A stretch of DNA of 44,022 nt from contig JBMNNU010000001.1 in NCBI GenBank assembly GCA_050942695.1, positions 1 through 44,022 of the forward strand, read 5' to 3'. A program made the translations under genes and the position numbers. This document shows, piece by piece, positions 34,398-42,826 of the stretch; within the stretch, counting starts at the first letter, position 1; every line of letters begins with the position of its first letter. Source of the DNA: Chloroflexota bacterium. Lineage in GTDB: Bacteria; Chloroflexota; UBA6077. Under the pieces are notes generated by a model. That model made no database searches and was not told the DNA's origin. It worked only from the letters and a program-made list of their open reading frames with translations.

Positions 34398-34604
34398 CAG
34401 AACACCCGCAAGCCCCGCCAGACGTTGTACGGTAGTGTATGCGGGATTGCGGAAATCGGACATCGTACAACCCTGAGTGTCCAATTATCCACTTCTCGAA
34501 GGGTGGTAAAAGCTTCTAGCCATAGTAGAATCGTAAACTAAAGAACATCCAGATCCGGCGAAAGAAGATGTGACTCCGTTGGTGTTGACTGCGCTGGTGG
34601 AACG

Positions 34605-35756
34605 GTGCTAGGGCGCCGCGAACGCAGCCTTGCGGCGATCATGATATCGGGTATGATCGCCGGGATCAGCGACGGTATGACGGTTCCCCTGATACCGTTG
34701 GCACTGGAGCAGCGCGGGATCGATGTCATGGTCATCGGGCTCTACGCGGCGCTGCCCTGGGTTGCCCTGGTGGTAGGCGGGCCATTCATGCCCCGATTCG
34801 TCGCTGCGCTCGGCGCGATCAAGGCCTATGCTCTAGGTCTGGGGTTAACTGCGCTGGCGCTGCTGCTGTTCCCACTGTTCGACACCATGCCAGGATGGTT
34901 TCTCTTGAACCTGATCCTGGGGTTCGGGTGGGCTTTCCAGTGGATCGGCGCGGACACCTGGATAAACACCGTCGTTTCGGAGCGGACTCGCGGCCGCATA
35001 CTGGCACTTTCCGAGACCACCTGGGGAGGCACCGCCGCCTTAGGACCGCTCCTGCTTGGACTCATTGGGGTCGAAGGGGCACTACCATTCCTGATTGCCG
35101 CCTCCTTGCTAGTGATTGCCATCGCGCCGACGATCGCCGGTGCCGGGACGGTTCCCTCCCTGGATGGGAGCGGCGTATGGCGTCTAGACCTGGCCCCGGT
35201 ACTGCTGTTGCCGACGGCCACTGCCGGCGCTTTGGTAAGCGGTTTCGTAGACAGCACCGCTTTCGCGCTCCTGCCGCTCTACGGCCTCGAACTCGGGCTC
35301 GACCAGGCGACGACGGTGGTGATGCTGACGGCGATATCTGCAGGCAGCTCGCTGCTATTATTGCCGCTCGGGTGGCTTTCCGACCGTTTTGACCGTCAAC
35401 TGCTCCAGTTGGGCTGCGGGATGGCAGCCCTCGCAGGTGCCTTGCTGCTGCCATTCACCATCGGGACGACAGCGGTCGTGTGGCCTCTTCTGTTCTTGTG
35501 GGGAGGCGCGGTGTCAGGGCTCTACATGATCGCCAGTATACTGGTTGGCCAATATTTTAGGGGCGAGCAGCTTACCAGCGCCATCACAACCATGGCCATG
35601 ATCTACACGATAGGCAGCCTGCTCGGCCCCCTGCTGGGAGGGGCTATGCTGGCCGCATTCCCTCCACATGGGATGATGATAGGGCTAGGGTTCGCACTAG
35701 TCGCCTTTACCGGCCTGGCTATCCTCCAGCGCGACCACCAGATGCCGCCCGGTTAG
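34605..35756 (+). CDS. MFS transporter
   Basis: 383 aa and highly hydrophobic, with about 12 predicted TM segments by eye. GTG start is uncertain. Confidence 0.7.
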   Translation: MLGRRERSLAAIMISGMIAGISDGMTVPLIPLALEQRGIDVMVIGLYAALPWVALVVGGPFMPRFVAALGAIKAYALGLGLTALALLLFPLFDTMPGWFLLNLILGFGWAFQWIGADTWINTVVSERTRGRILALSETTWGGTAALGPLLLGLIGVEGALPFLIAASLLVIAIAPTIAGAGTVPSLDGSGVWRLDLAPVLLLPTATAGALVSGFVDSTAFALLPLYGLELGLDQATTVVMLTAISAGSSLLLLPLGWLSDRFDRQLLQLGCGMAALAGALLLPFTIGTTAVVWPLLFLWGGAVSGLYMIASILVGQYFRGEQLTSAITTMAMIYTIGSLLGPLLGGAMLAAFPPHGMMIGLGFALVAFTGLAILQRDHQMPPG

Positions 35757-35773
35757 ATCGACAAGAGCAGGTT

Positions 35774-37807
35774 CTACGTCCTCCTGATCTTATCTCCATT
35801 CTGGAGGTCGTTGTGGCCGGAGACGACCACCTCCTCGCCTGCCTGGAGCCCGTTGGCGATCTCCACCATCCCGTCCTGCCGCAGCCCAAGCTGGACGACT
35901 CGCTGCTCCACGACATCCTCCTTCACCACGAACAGCACGCTCTGCCCGGAGCGTGTGACCACCGCATCTTTGGGCACCAGCACCGCGTTCTCCTTTTCCT
36001 GGGTCAAGATGGTGACCTGTGCGAACATCCCCGCCCTGAGCTTGCCGCCGTGATCGTCAGGCCTTACCTTAACGGTAAAGGTCCGGCTTCTGGGATCCGC
36101 AGATGGGCCTATCACCGCCACCCTTGCCGGGAACACCGTCCCCGGATAGGCCGCCACGGTGATCTCCGCGCTCTGCCCCTCGCTGACCTGCCCTATCTGG
36201 CTCTCATCCACCCCCAGCACGAGTTCGACCTCACTCGAGATCACGCTGACTATCGGTGTTTGAGGGCTGACCAACGCCCCAACCGATAGGAACCTCTCCG
36301 AAACCACCCCGTCGATCGGGCTGATCACCTGCGTCTCAGCAAGCGCTATCTCGGCCATCTCCACCGCCGCCTGGGCCTGCTGCACCGAGGCTCCTGCCAT
36401 CTCCATATCGTGCTCCGTGTATGGGTTCATCGCAATCTCATATTGCTGCTCAGCCACCACCAGGGCGCTCTGCGCCTGAGCGATATCCTCTGCCCTTGCA
36501 GGTCTCTTCGCCATCTCCAACGCCTGCTCCGCCCGGATCACCGCGGCATCGGCTATCTTGATATCTTCCTCGGTCGGCCCGTCCTTCAACTGCTTCAACC
36601 GCGCCTCCGCGGCTGCGAGGTTGGCCTCAGCCTTCTGAAGATCCTCCTGCGTCGGGCCGCGCTTCATCTGGTCCACTCTGTGCCAGGCTGCCTCGTAAGA
36701 CGCCTTTGCTGAATCGTAGGCCGCCTGAGCAGCCGCCAGATCCGCTGGCAAGGGGTAGCTCTTCAGCAGCTCCAGCTTCTTGACGGCCGCCTCGTAGTTC
36801 TTGTACGCAGCATCGGCGCTCCGCTCAGCCTGTCCCGCGCTCGTAACGCCGGTAGTCGCCAGCTTCGTGATGTCGTTGTTGTCTGCTGCGAAATCCTTCC
36901 TATCGTCTGCAGCGTAAAGCGCAGCCCTGGCAGCCTCCACAGCAGCCTCGGCCGCCATGATGTCTGCTGGCTTGGGACCGGCTTGCACATCTGCCAGCCT
37001 CTCCTCCGCTGCCTTCATGTTGGCTCGGGCTGTGTCCAGAGCAGCCAACGCCTGCCCCCACTCCGTCTGAGTTGGCCACTGCTTGACCTGCTCCAGAGCG
37101 GCTTTCGCCTGGTCTACGGCTGCCTGGGCCTGCTGGATCTCCGTCTCCTTGGCCCCCTTCTTGACGGTCTCCGCCCTGGCTCTAGCCTCCTCCAGCGCGG
37201 CCTCCGCCGTGGCGATCTGCTCCTGCCTGCCGGTTTGCAGCGAAGCTAACTTGGCTCGAGCCGCATCTACGTTGGCCTTTGCCTGGGCTATCTGCTCTTC
37301 CCGCGACCCCGACTCCATGCTGGCCAGCTTGGCCCTCGCCGCCGCCAGATTGGCCTTAGCCTGGCTGAGCTGAGCCTGCAAGGTGGCCGAATCCAGCTCC
37401 GCTAGCACGTCACCCCTCTTTACCCTGCTGCCCACATCCACTGCAAGCTTCTCTATCCGCCCTGTGCTCTTGGGGAGCACGTTGACGCTGGAGACGGCAT
37501 TCACGTCCCCCGTGTAAGAGAGGTTGGCCGCGATCTTCCCCTCTTCGGCAACCACCGTTTTCACCGCCGACCCGCCAGGAGCCTGAGCGGCGGCGGCCGA
37601 AGGCTCCATCCCTCTGCCACCTAGAGCCAGTAATCCCGCTATAGCGAGCGCTACAGCCAATCCCCCGGCGCCCAGCCACCACCGCTTGGATACCGAAGGG
37701 GGGATGCGCTCCGCCAGCTTCCTTGGGATGCGGCTGCTCAGCATCTTCCCGAAACGCTCAGCCGGATTCACCACTTTGACGCCCCGTGCCAAAGCCCTGA
37801 ATTCCAT
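35774..37807 (-). CDS. Efflux periplasmic adaptor (HlyD/membrane-fusion protein) with extended coiled coil, 677 aa; paralog of 25613-27466
   Basis: Same architecture as the other adaptor: KRGDVLAELD ... SPIDGVV around about 330 aa of Ala-rich repeats, with C-terminal VTRSGQSVLFVVKEDVVEQRVVQLG. RBS GGGAGGACGAGG. Confidence 0.85.
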   Translation of the reverse strand: MEFRALARGVKVVNPAERFGKMLSSRIPRKLAERIPPSVSKRWWLGAGGLAVALAIAGLLALGGRGMEPSAAAAQAPGGSAVKTVVAEEGKIAANLSYTGDVNAVSSVNVLPKSTGRIEKLAVDVGSRVKRGDVLAELDSATLQAQLSQAKANLAAARAKLASMESGSREEQIAQAKANVDAARAKLASLQTGRQEQIATAEAALEEARARAETVKKGAKETEIQQAQAAVDQAKAALEQVKQWPTQTEWGQALAALDTARANMKAAEERLADVQAGPKPADIMAAEAAVEAARAALYAADDRKDFAADNNDITKLATTGVTSAGQAERSADAAYKNYEAAVKKLELLKSYPLPADLAAAQAAYDSAKASYEAAWHRVDQMKRGPTQEDLQKAEANLAAAEARLKQLKDGPTEEDIKIADAAVIRAEQALEMAKRPARAEDIAQAQSALVVAEQQYEIAMNPYTEHDMEMAGASVQQAQAAVEMAEIALAETQVISPIDGVVSERFLSVGALVSPQTPIVSVISSEVELVLGVDESQIGQVSEGQSAEITVAAYPGTVFPARVAVIGPSADPRSRTFTVKVRPDDHGGKLRAGMFAQVTILTQEKENAVLVPKDAVVTRSGQSVLFVVKEDVVEQRVVQLGLRQDGMVEIANGLQAGEEVVVSGHNDLQNGDKIRRT

Positions 37808-37847
37808 CCTCGTCCTCCCGACACAAAGCTGTCTGCTTTTTTTAGCA

Positions 37848-38169
37848 ATCAGCTTTCAGCAGTCAGCTATCAGCTTTCTCTATCAAAACAGGCGATTATG
37901 CATCCTCTACTATCTTAATAACACATTGCCAATTATCAACGCCCCTAGTTTCAGCTTTTTACCTATCCTGACATCTGGAACCTTCAAACCTTCATCCTGT
38001 CATTCTAAGCCCCTACGCTGTCATTCTGGGTGTCGAGCGAGGAATCTCCACGATCCCTCCCTACCTACATGGAGATGCTTCATTCCGTTCAGCATGACAC
38101 CTCGCCACTCGCTTTTCGCTACTCGCTCTCTCGCCCTGAAGGCTGAAAGCTGACGGCTGATAGCTAAAA
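37848..38169. repeat. MITE-like nest of repeats bounded by inverted TCAGC-heptamer arrays
   Basis: Left array is atcagct ttcagca gtcagct atcagct (37848-37875). Right array is gctgaaa gctgacg gctgata gctaaaa (38142-38169), its inverted counterpart. Inside are an AT-rich segment, an imperfect ~79-nt palindrome (38020-38098) and an ACTCGCT-type heptamer array (38107-38134). Confidence 0.7.
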
Positions 38170-38170
38170 G

Positions 38171-39091
38171 CTATCTACTCAGCACGCTGATGAAAACGTC
38201 CTCCAAAGACGGGCGTATCGCCTCGACCTTGCGAACCACCAGCCCGTGGCGCTCGAGGGACTCCCGCACCAGGGCCGGCCGGTCATCCGAGGGCTCCACC
38301 ACCAGGTGAAGCATACTGCCGTAGACTGCCACCTCTTTCACACCATCAACCGTAGGGAGCAGATCCAGAGCCGGCACCACCGGCTCGCACTCCACCTCCA
38401 GCAAGGAGCCGGGAACACCGGCTGCCTTGAGCGACTCCGGGCTCTCGCAGGCGACCAGCTTGCCCGCCAGCATCAGGCTCACCCTATGGGCGTGCTCGGC
38501 CTCGTCCATGTAGTGGGTGGTCACGAAGACCGTAACCCCGCCATCAGAGAGATCGTAGATCATATCCCAGACGCGGCGCCGCGACACGGGGTCCACGCCT
38601 GCGGTGGGCTCGTCCAGGAACAGAATCGGCGGGCTGTGGACTATCGAGCAGGCCAGGGCCAGCCGCTGCCGCCATCCGCCGGAAAGGTTAGCCGCGAGCT
38701 CGTCGCCCCGCCCCTCCAGCCCCGCCATGGCGATCAGCTCGTCTATCCGGGAGCGCTGCTTCCCCTGCGGCACCTGATACACGCCCGCGTAAAACTCCAG
38801 ATTCTCACGAGCCGTAAGCTCCTCGTAGAGAGAGAAGCGCTGGGACATGTAGCCGATATGCTCCTTCACCCGATCGCTCTCCTCGCGGATATCGAATCCC
38901 GCAACCTTTCCCGTGCCGGATGTGGGGGTGATGATTCCGCACAGCATCCGGATGGTTGTGGTCTTTCCGCAGCCGTTGGGGCCGAGGAAGGCGAAGATCT
39001 CTCCCCGGCCTACCTGGAAGGAGACGCCATCCACTGCCGTGAAGTCGCCGAACTTTTTCGTTAAGTTGAGTGCTTCTACAGTGTATTGCAT
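38171..39091 (-). CDS. ABC transporter ATP-binding protein (ABC-2/YbhF-like drug-export type)
   Basis: LNLTKKFGDFTAVDGVSFQVGRGEIFAFLGPNGCGKTTTIRML, signature LSGGWRQRLALA, Walker B ILFLDEPTAGVDP. Confidence 0.9.
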   Translation of the reverse strand: MQYTVEALNLTKKFGDFTAVDGVSFQVGRGEIFAFLGPNGCGKTTTIRMLCGIITPTSGTGKVAGFDIREESDRVKEHIGYMSQRFSLYEELTARENLEFYAGVYQVPQGKQRSRIDELIAMAGLEGRGDELAANLSGGWRQRLALACSIVHSPPILFLDEPTAGVDPVSRRRVWDMIYDLSDGGVTVFVTTHYMDEAEHAHRVSLMLAGKLVACESPESLKAAGVPGSLLEVECEPVVPALDLLPTVDGVKEVAVYGSMLHLVVEPSDDRPALVRESLERHGLVVRKVEAIRPSLEDVFISVLSR

Positions 39092-39098
39092 GTTACCA

Positions 39099-40691
39099 CT
39101 ACATCGCCGGCATCCCGCCGCGGGCTCGCTTGTCGGCGCGCTCGTTTTTTAGGGTCAGCCCCGGCAGCAGCCCAAGCCACAGCACTATCGCAGTGATCAG
39201 GAAGGTATCGTTGAATGCCATAACGAAGGCCTGCTCTGCGATGCGGCCCTCCAGAAAGCCGTTCACCGCTATCCTTACCTGGTCCGGCATCAATCCCGCT
39301 CGGGCCATCTGGGCCTGCAGCGCGTTGATCGTAGTCACTGCGGTGGGTGAGAACTGGTTGACCGTCTGGACCAGGTTGGCGCTGTGGAAGGCCATGCGCT
39401 GGCTGTCCACAACGGTCATCACCGAGAGCCCAATCGGCCCTCCCAGATTGCGCGCGAGGCTCAGGATACCCGAGGCTACGCCGCTCATCTCCACCGGCAC
39501 CCTGGCGAGAGCTGCGCTGGTCATGGGCGCCATCAGCAGCCCGACCCCCAGGCCCGATATGAACATCGGGCGCACCAGGTCCATAACCCCTGAGGACGAG
39601 TTCAGAAAGGTGAAGCCGTAGGTCCCGTAGCCCGCGATGGCGATTCCGAGAAAGGCGGGGAGCTTGGGTCCGAGCTTATCGGCCAGCTTCCCCCCGATTG
39701 GGGCCGTGCACATGATGCCGAATGCCGTCGGCAGCATCATCAAACCCCGCTTGGTGGGGCCGTAACCGAGGATGTTGCCCATGAAGAAGGGGAGAAGGAA
39801 AGTGGCCCCAGTCTCCACTGAAAGCATCATCAGATTGGTCCCCAACACCGTGAGGTAGTTACGGCGCCTGAACAGGAGCGATGGGATCAGCGGCTGGGCT
39901 GTGCTGGTCTGGTGCACGATGAAAACGAACATCAGGAAAGCCGCCAACCAGAAGCAGCCGAAGATCAGCAGGGAACCCCAACCCGCTTCGGGTCCTTCGT
40001 TGATGCCGAACAGCAGGAAGCTTATGCTGCTTGCCAGCACTATCGCCCCCACGTAGTCAAAGCTGCCTTCGCCCCTGGCCCTGTCCCTCGGCACGACCAG
40101 CAGGGCTAAGAAGATCGCCAGCAGCCCGATAGGTACGTTGACGTAGAAGATCGAGCGCCATCCGAAGTTATCTACAAGCACCCCCCCGAGCACAGGGCCG
40201 AACATAACCGCCGAGATCCCAGCCGAGCTGTAGAGACCGAGAGCCTGGCCTTTCTGGCTGCTCGGGAAGCTGTTGTTCACTATAGATAGGGCGATCGGAT
40301 ACATATTGGAAGCACCTACAGCCTGGATCACTCGGAATAGCACCAGCGAGGGGGTGTTCCAGGCCATCCCGCAGAGGGCCGATCCGATCACGAAGGTGGC
40401 GAAGCCGAAAAGGTAGGAGCGCTTGAGGCCGAAAAGGTCTCCTATCCGGCCCATGATGGGCATCAGGGAGCCGTTGGTCAGGAGGTAGCCGATGGAAACC
40501 CATTTGATCCCCTCGAAGTTGGTGCCGAAAGAGCTAGCGATGTTGGGTATGGCCACGGCGACGATGGTGCTATCGAGCATGCCCATCATCGAACCGATGG
40601 AAACCACCAACAGCACGAGCCATTTCCGGCTACCGAGATCTTCCGGCTCGTCCACAGCCGTCGCTTGCGATGGCAGCCTATTCTCGGCCAT
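39099..40691 (-). CDS. MFS transporter, DHA2 (EmrB/QacA, 14-TM) drug:H+ antiporter family
   Basis: 530 aa. LVLLVVSIGSMMGMLDSTIVAVAIPNIASSF..., ..GRIGDLFGLKR... Confidence 0.87.
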   Translation of the reverse strand: MAENRLPSQATAVDEPEDLGSRKWLVLLVVSIGSMMGMLDSTIVAVAIPNIASSFGTNFEGIKWVSIGYLLTNGSLMPIMGRIGDLFGLKRSYLFGFATFVIGSALCGMAWNTPSLVLFRVIQAVGASNMYPIALSIVNNSFPSSQKGQALGLYSSAGISAVMFGPVLGGVLVDNFGWRSIFYVNVPIGLLAIFLALLVVPRDRARGEGSFDYVGAIVLASSISFLLFGINEGPEAGWGSLLIFGCFWLAAFLMFVFIVHQTSTAQPLIPSLLFRRRNYLTVLGTNLMMLSVETGATFLLPFFMGNILGYGPTKRGLMMLPTAFGIMCTAPIGGKLADKLGPKLPAFLGIAIAGYGTYGFTFLNSSSGVMDLVRPMFISGLGVGLLMAPMTSAALARVPVEMSGVASGILSLARNLGGPIGLSVMTVVDSQRMAFHSANLVQTVNQFSPTAVTTINALQAQMARAGLMPDQVRIAVNGFLEGRIAEQAFVMAFNDTFLITAIVLWLGLLPGLTLKNERADKRARGGMPAM

Positions 40692-40699
40692 CTCCCCGG

Positions 40700-41389
40700 C
40701 TACTCCTTAACCCTGATGCTGACACGAACGGAGGTGCCAGGGTAGAGAGAATACCCGCTGTAGTCCACGGATATCTTCACGGGAACTACCTGTGTTACTT
40801 TAGTGAAATTGCCCGTGGAGTTCTGAGCGGGGAGAAAGGAGAAGAGGGCTGCCGTCGCGGGGGTCACCGCCTCCACCTTTCCCTGGAGCGTTTTGCCCAG
40901 CATATCCACGTGAACGTCTACCGGCTGGCCTTGCTTCACTCGCCCCACTTTGGTCTCCTCCACGTTGGCCACAACCCACAACGCCCCTGGGTCCACAAGG
41001 GTTACCACTGCCTGGCCGGCCGCCAGCGTATCCCCTACGCTGGCAGGTTTGGCCACAACCAATCCGGTAATGGGGGCTGTGGCTTCAGATGTGAGGTTGG
41101 CGGCCTCGTAGTACCTGGCCAGGGAGGCGTTGCTTCCGGCTACCGCGGACACCACGGGCACGGCAACCCTGGCCAGCACATCCCCTTCATTTACCTCTTG
41201 CCCGATTTCCGCGTTAATCGCGAGCACCCGACCTCCAGTTGGGCTCCCCACCTGCACTAGTGATCCCGATACGTAGGCATTTTCCGTTTGCACGTAGTGT
41301 TCGTTTTCGTACCAGTAACGATAGATGTAAACCGCGCCCACCAGGAGAAAAAGCGCACCCACCGTAAGGATGATGGACTTATGTTTCAC
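40700..41389 (-). CDS. HlyD/EmrA-family adaptor lacking the coiled-coil hairpin, 229 aa
   Basis: N-terminal TM IILTVGALFLLVGAVYIY. Lipoyl halves GGRVLAINAEIGQEVNEGDVLARV and ITGLVVAKPASVGDTLAAGQAVVTL are only ~25 aa apart. A beta-barrel region follows. The GTG start overlaps the PadR stop (GTGA). Confidence 0.75.
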   Translation of the reverse strand: MKHKSIILTVGALFLLVGAVYIYRYWYENEHYVQTENAYVSGSLVQVGSPTGGRVLAINAEIGQEVNEGDVLARVAVPVVSAVAGSNASLARYYEAANLTSEATAPITGLVVAKPASVGDTLAAGQAVVTLVDPGALWVVANVEETKVGRVKQGQPVDVHVDMLGKTLQGKVEAVTPATAALFSFLPAQNSTGNFTKVTQVVPVKISVDYSGYSLYPGTSVRVSIRVKE

Positions 41390-41778
41390 CCTCGCCCCTC
41401 CCCAAACAGGTACTCGATGTGGATTTGCAGCATCCGGAGCGTGTGCCGGAGTTGAGGCTCCAACTGCTCCCGCAGTCGCACCCTCTCCTCCTCCCCATCC
41501 TCAGTGAGTTTGTAGACCCGTTGCGGCTTGCTCGAAGTGTCCCATCGGCTCTCAACCAACCCCTCCCGCTCCAGACGGCGGAGGAGAGGGTAGATAGTGC
41601 CGGGAGATGGCTTCCACTTGCAGCTCTCGTGTAGCGTCTCGGCCATCTCGGCGCCTGTGCCCGGCTGTCTGTGGAGCTGCTCCAGGATGTAGAGCCGCAA
41701 GTATCCGCGCAGCAGAACGTTGCTTGCGCGATTGTGCTCTTCGAACAGGTCGACGGTTTTGCGGGGTTCTCCGGTCAT
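41386..41778 (-). CDS. PadR-family transcriptional regulator
   Basis: YILEQLHRQPGTGAEMAETL....PSPGTIYPLLRRLEREGLVESRWD...QRVYKLTEDG. I prefer the ATG at 41778 (GGGAG 6 nt upstream); the GTG at 41826 is the alternative. Confidence 0.85.
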   Translation of the reverse strand: MTGEPRKTVDLFEEHNRASNVLLRGYLRLYILEQLHRQPGTGAEMAETLHESCKWKPSPGTIYPLLRRLEREGLVESRWDTSSKPQRVYKLTEDGEEERVRLREQLEPQLRHTLRMLQIHIEYLFGEGRG

Positions 41779-41795
41779 GTATCGCTCCCGATATA

Positions 41796-41809
41796 TATCG
41801 CTTGCGATA
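41796..41809. promoter_or_regulatory. 14-bp palindrome TATCGC-TT-GCGATA just upstream of padR; candidate operator
   Basis: Perfect 6-bp arms, 18 nt upstream of the preferred PadR ATG, embedded in an ATATATAT stretch. A second perfect 10-bp palindrome ACATCGATGT lies at 41825-41834. Confidence 0.4.
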
Positions 41810-41833
41810 CAATACTCATGTTCCACATCGATG

Positions 41834-42817
41834 TCAATCCCGTTTGGGTGATGAGCTCAAGCTCATGAACGCGTCCTCCATAGTTGGGGCGATCGGCCGG
41901 AGCGAGAGCAGCTCTATCCCCTCCCTCTCCAGCACCTCCCTGGTCGCCCGCTCGGCCGCTGGAGCGTCCGAGGTGACCAGGTGCAGCGTGTCGCCGAAAA
42001 CTCGCACGTCTTCCAGCAGCGGCACCGATTGGAGCGCCGCCTTGGCTGCCCGCCTCGGCTCGGCCCGCAGCTCCAGCACATCCTTACCCATCTGCTCCTT
42101 CAGCCGCTGGGGTGTATCGCTCACCACCACTTTTCCCTCAGCCATGAAGCCCACGCTGTTGCACCGCTCGGCCTCGTCCATGTAGGGGGTGCTGACCAGG
42201 ATCGTTACCCCCTGGCCCAGCAGGCTGTACAGTATCCGCCAGAACTCCCGCCGGGATACCGGGTCCACCCCCGTCGTCGGCTCGTCCAGCAGCAGCAGCT
42301 CGGGATCGTGGATCAGGGTGCAGGCCAGGGCCAGCTTCTGCTTCATCCCCCCAGAGAGGAACTCTGCCAGCCTGTCGACGAACGGCTCCAATCGACTGAA
42401 GGCCAGCAGCCTCCGCGAGCGCTCCTCTCTCGCCTGCCGGGGTACCCGGAAGAGGTCGGCGTAGAAAAGCAGGTTCTCCATCACCGTAAGGTCCCCATAG
42501 AGGGAGAAGCGCTGGGACATGTAGCCGATCTTCTCCCGGACCTTCTCCACCTCCGCCACGGCGTCGTAGCCCAACACCCGGACTCGGCCCCCGTCGGGCG
42601 ACAGCACCCCGCACAGCATCCGCAGGGTGGTGGTCTTACCAGCTCCGTCCGGCCCCACCAGGCCGTAGATCTCGCCCCTCTTCACCCGCAGGTCGAGCCC
42701 GCGAACGGCGCGCACCTCGCCGAAGCTCTTGGCGAGCCCAACCGCCTCCACTGCCGGGGTGGTGGGGTCCGTCCTCGTACCCCTAGCAGGATTTATGGTG
42801 TCCCCGGACATACTCAC
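41834..42817 (-). CDS. ABC transporter ATP-binding protein (ABC-2/YbhF-like drug-export type)
   Basis: VGLAKSFGEVRAVRGLDLRVKRGEIYGLVGPDGAGKTTTLRML, signature LSGGMKQKLALA, Walker B LLLLDEPTTGVDP. Confidence 0.9.
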   Translation of the reverse strand: MSMSGDTINPARGTRTDPTTPAVEAVGLAKSFGEVRAVRGLDLRVKRGEIYGLVGPDGAGKTTTLRMLCGVLSPDGGRVRVLGYDAVAEVEKVREKIGYMSQRFSLYGDLTVMENLLFYADLFRVPRQAREERSRRLLAFSRLEPFVDRLAEFLSGGMKQKLALACTLIHDPELLLLDEPTTGVDPVSRREFWRILYSLLGQGVTILVSTPYMDEAERCNSVGFMAEGKVVVSDTPQRLKEQMGKDVLELRAEPRRAAKAALQSVPLLEDVRVFGDTLHLVTSDAPAAERATREVLEREGIELLSLRPIAPTMEDAFMSLSSSPKRD

Positions 42818-42826
42818 TCCCTCTTG

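Noticed and set aside
34485-34493. DnaA-box-like TTATCCACT upstream of the MFS gene
   Set aside because: It is a single isolated 8/9 match with no neighbouring boxes or AT-rich unwinding element, so it is most likely chance.
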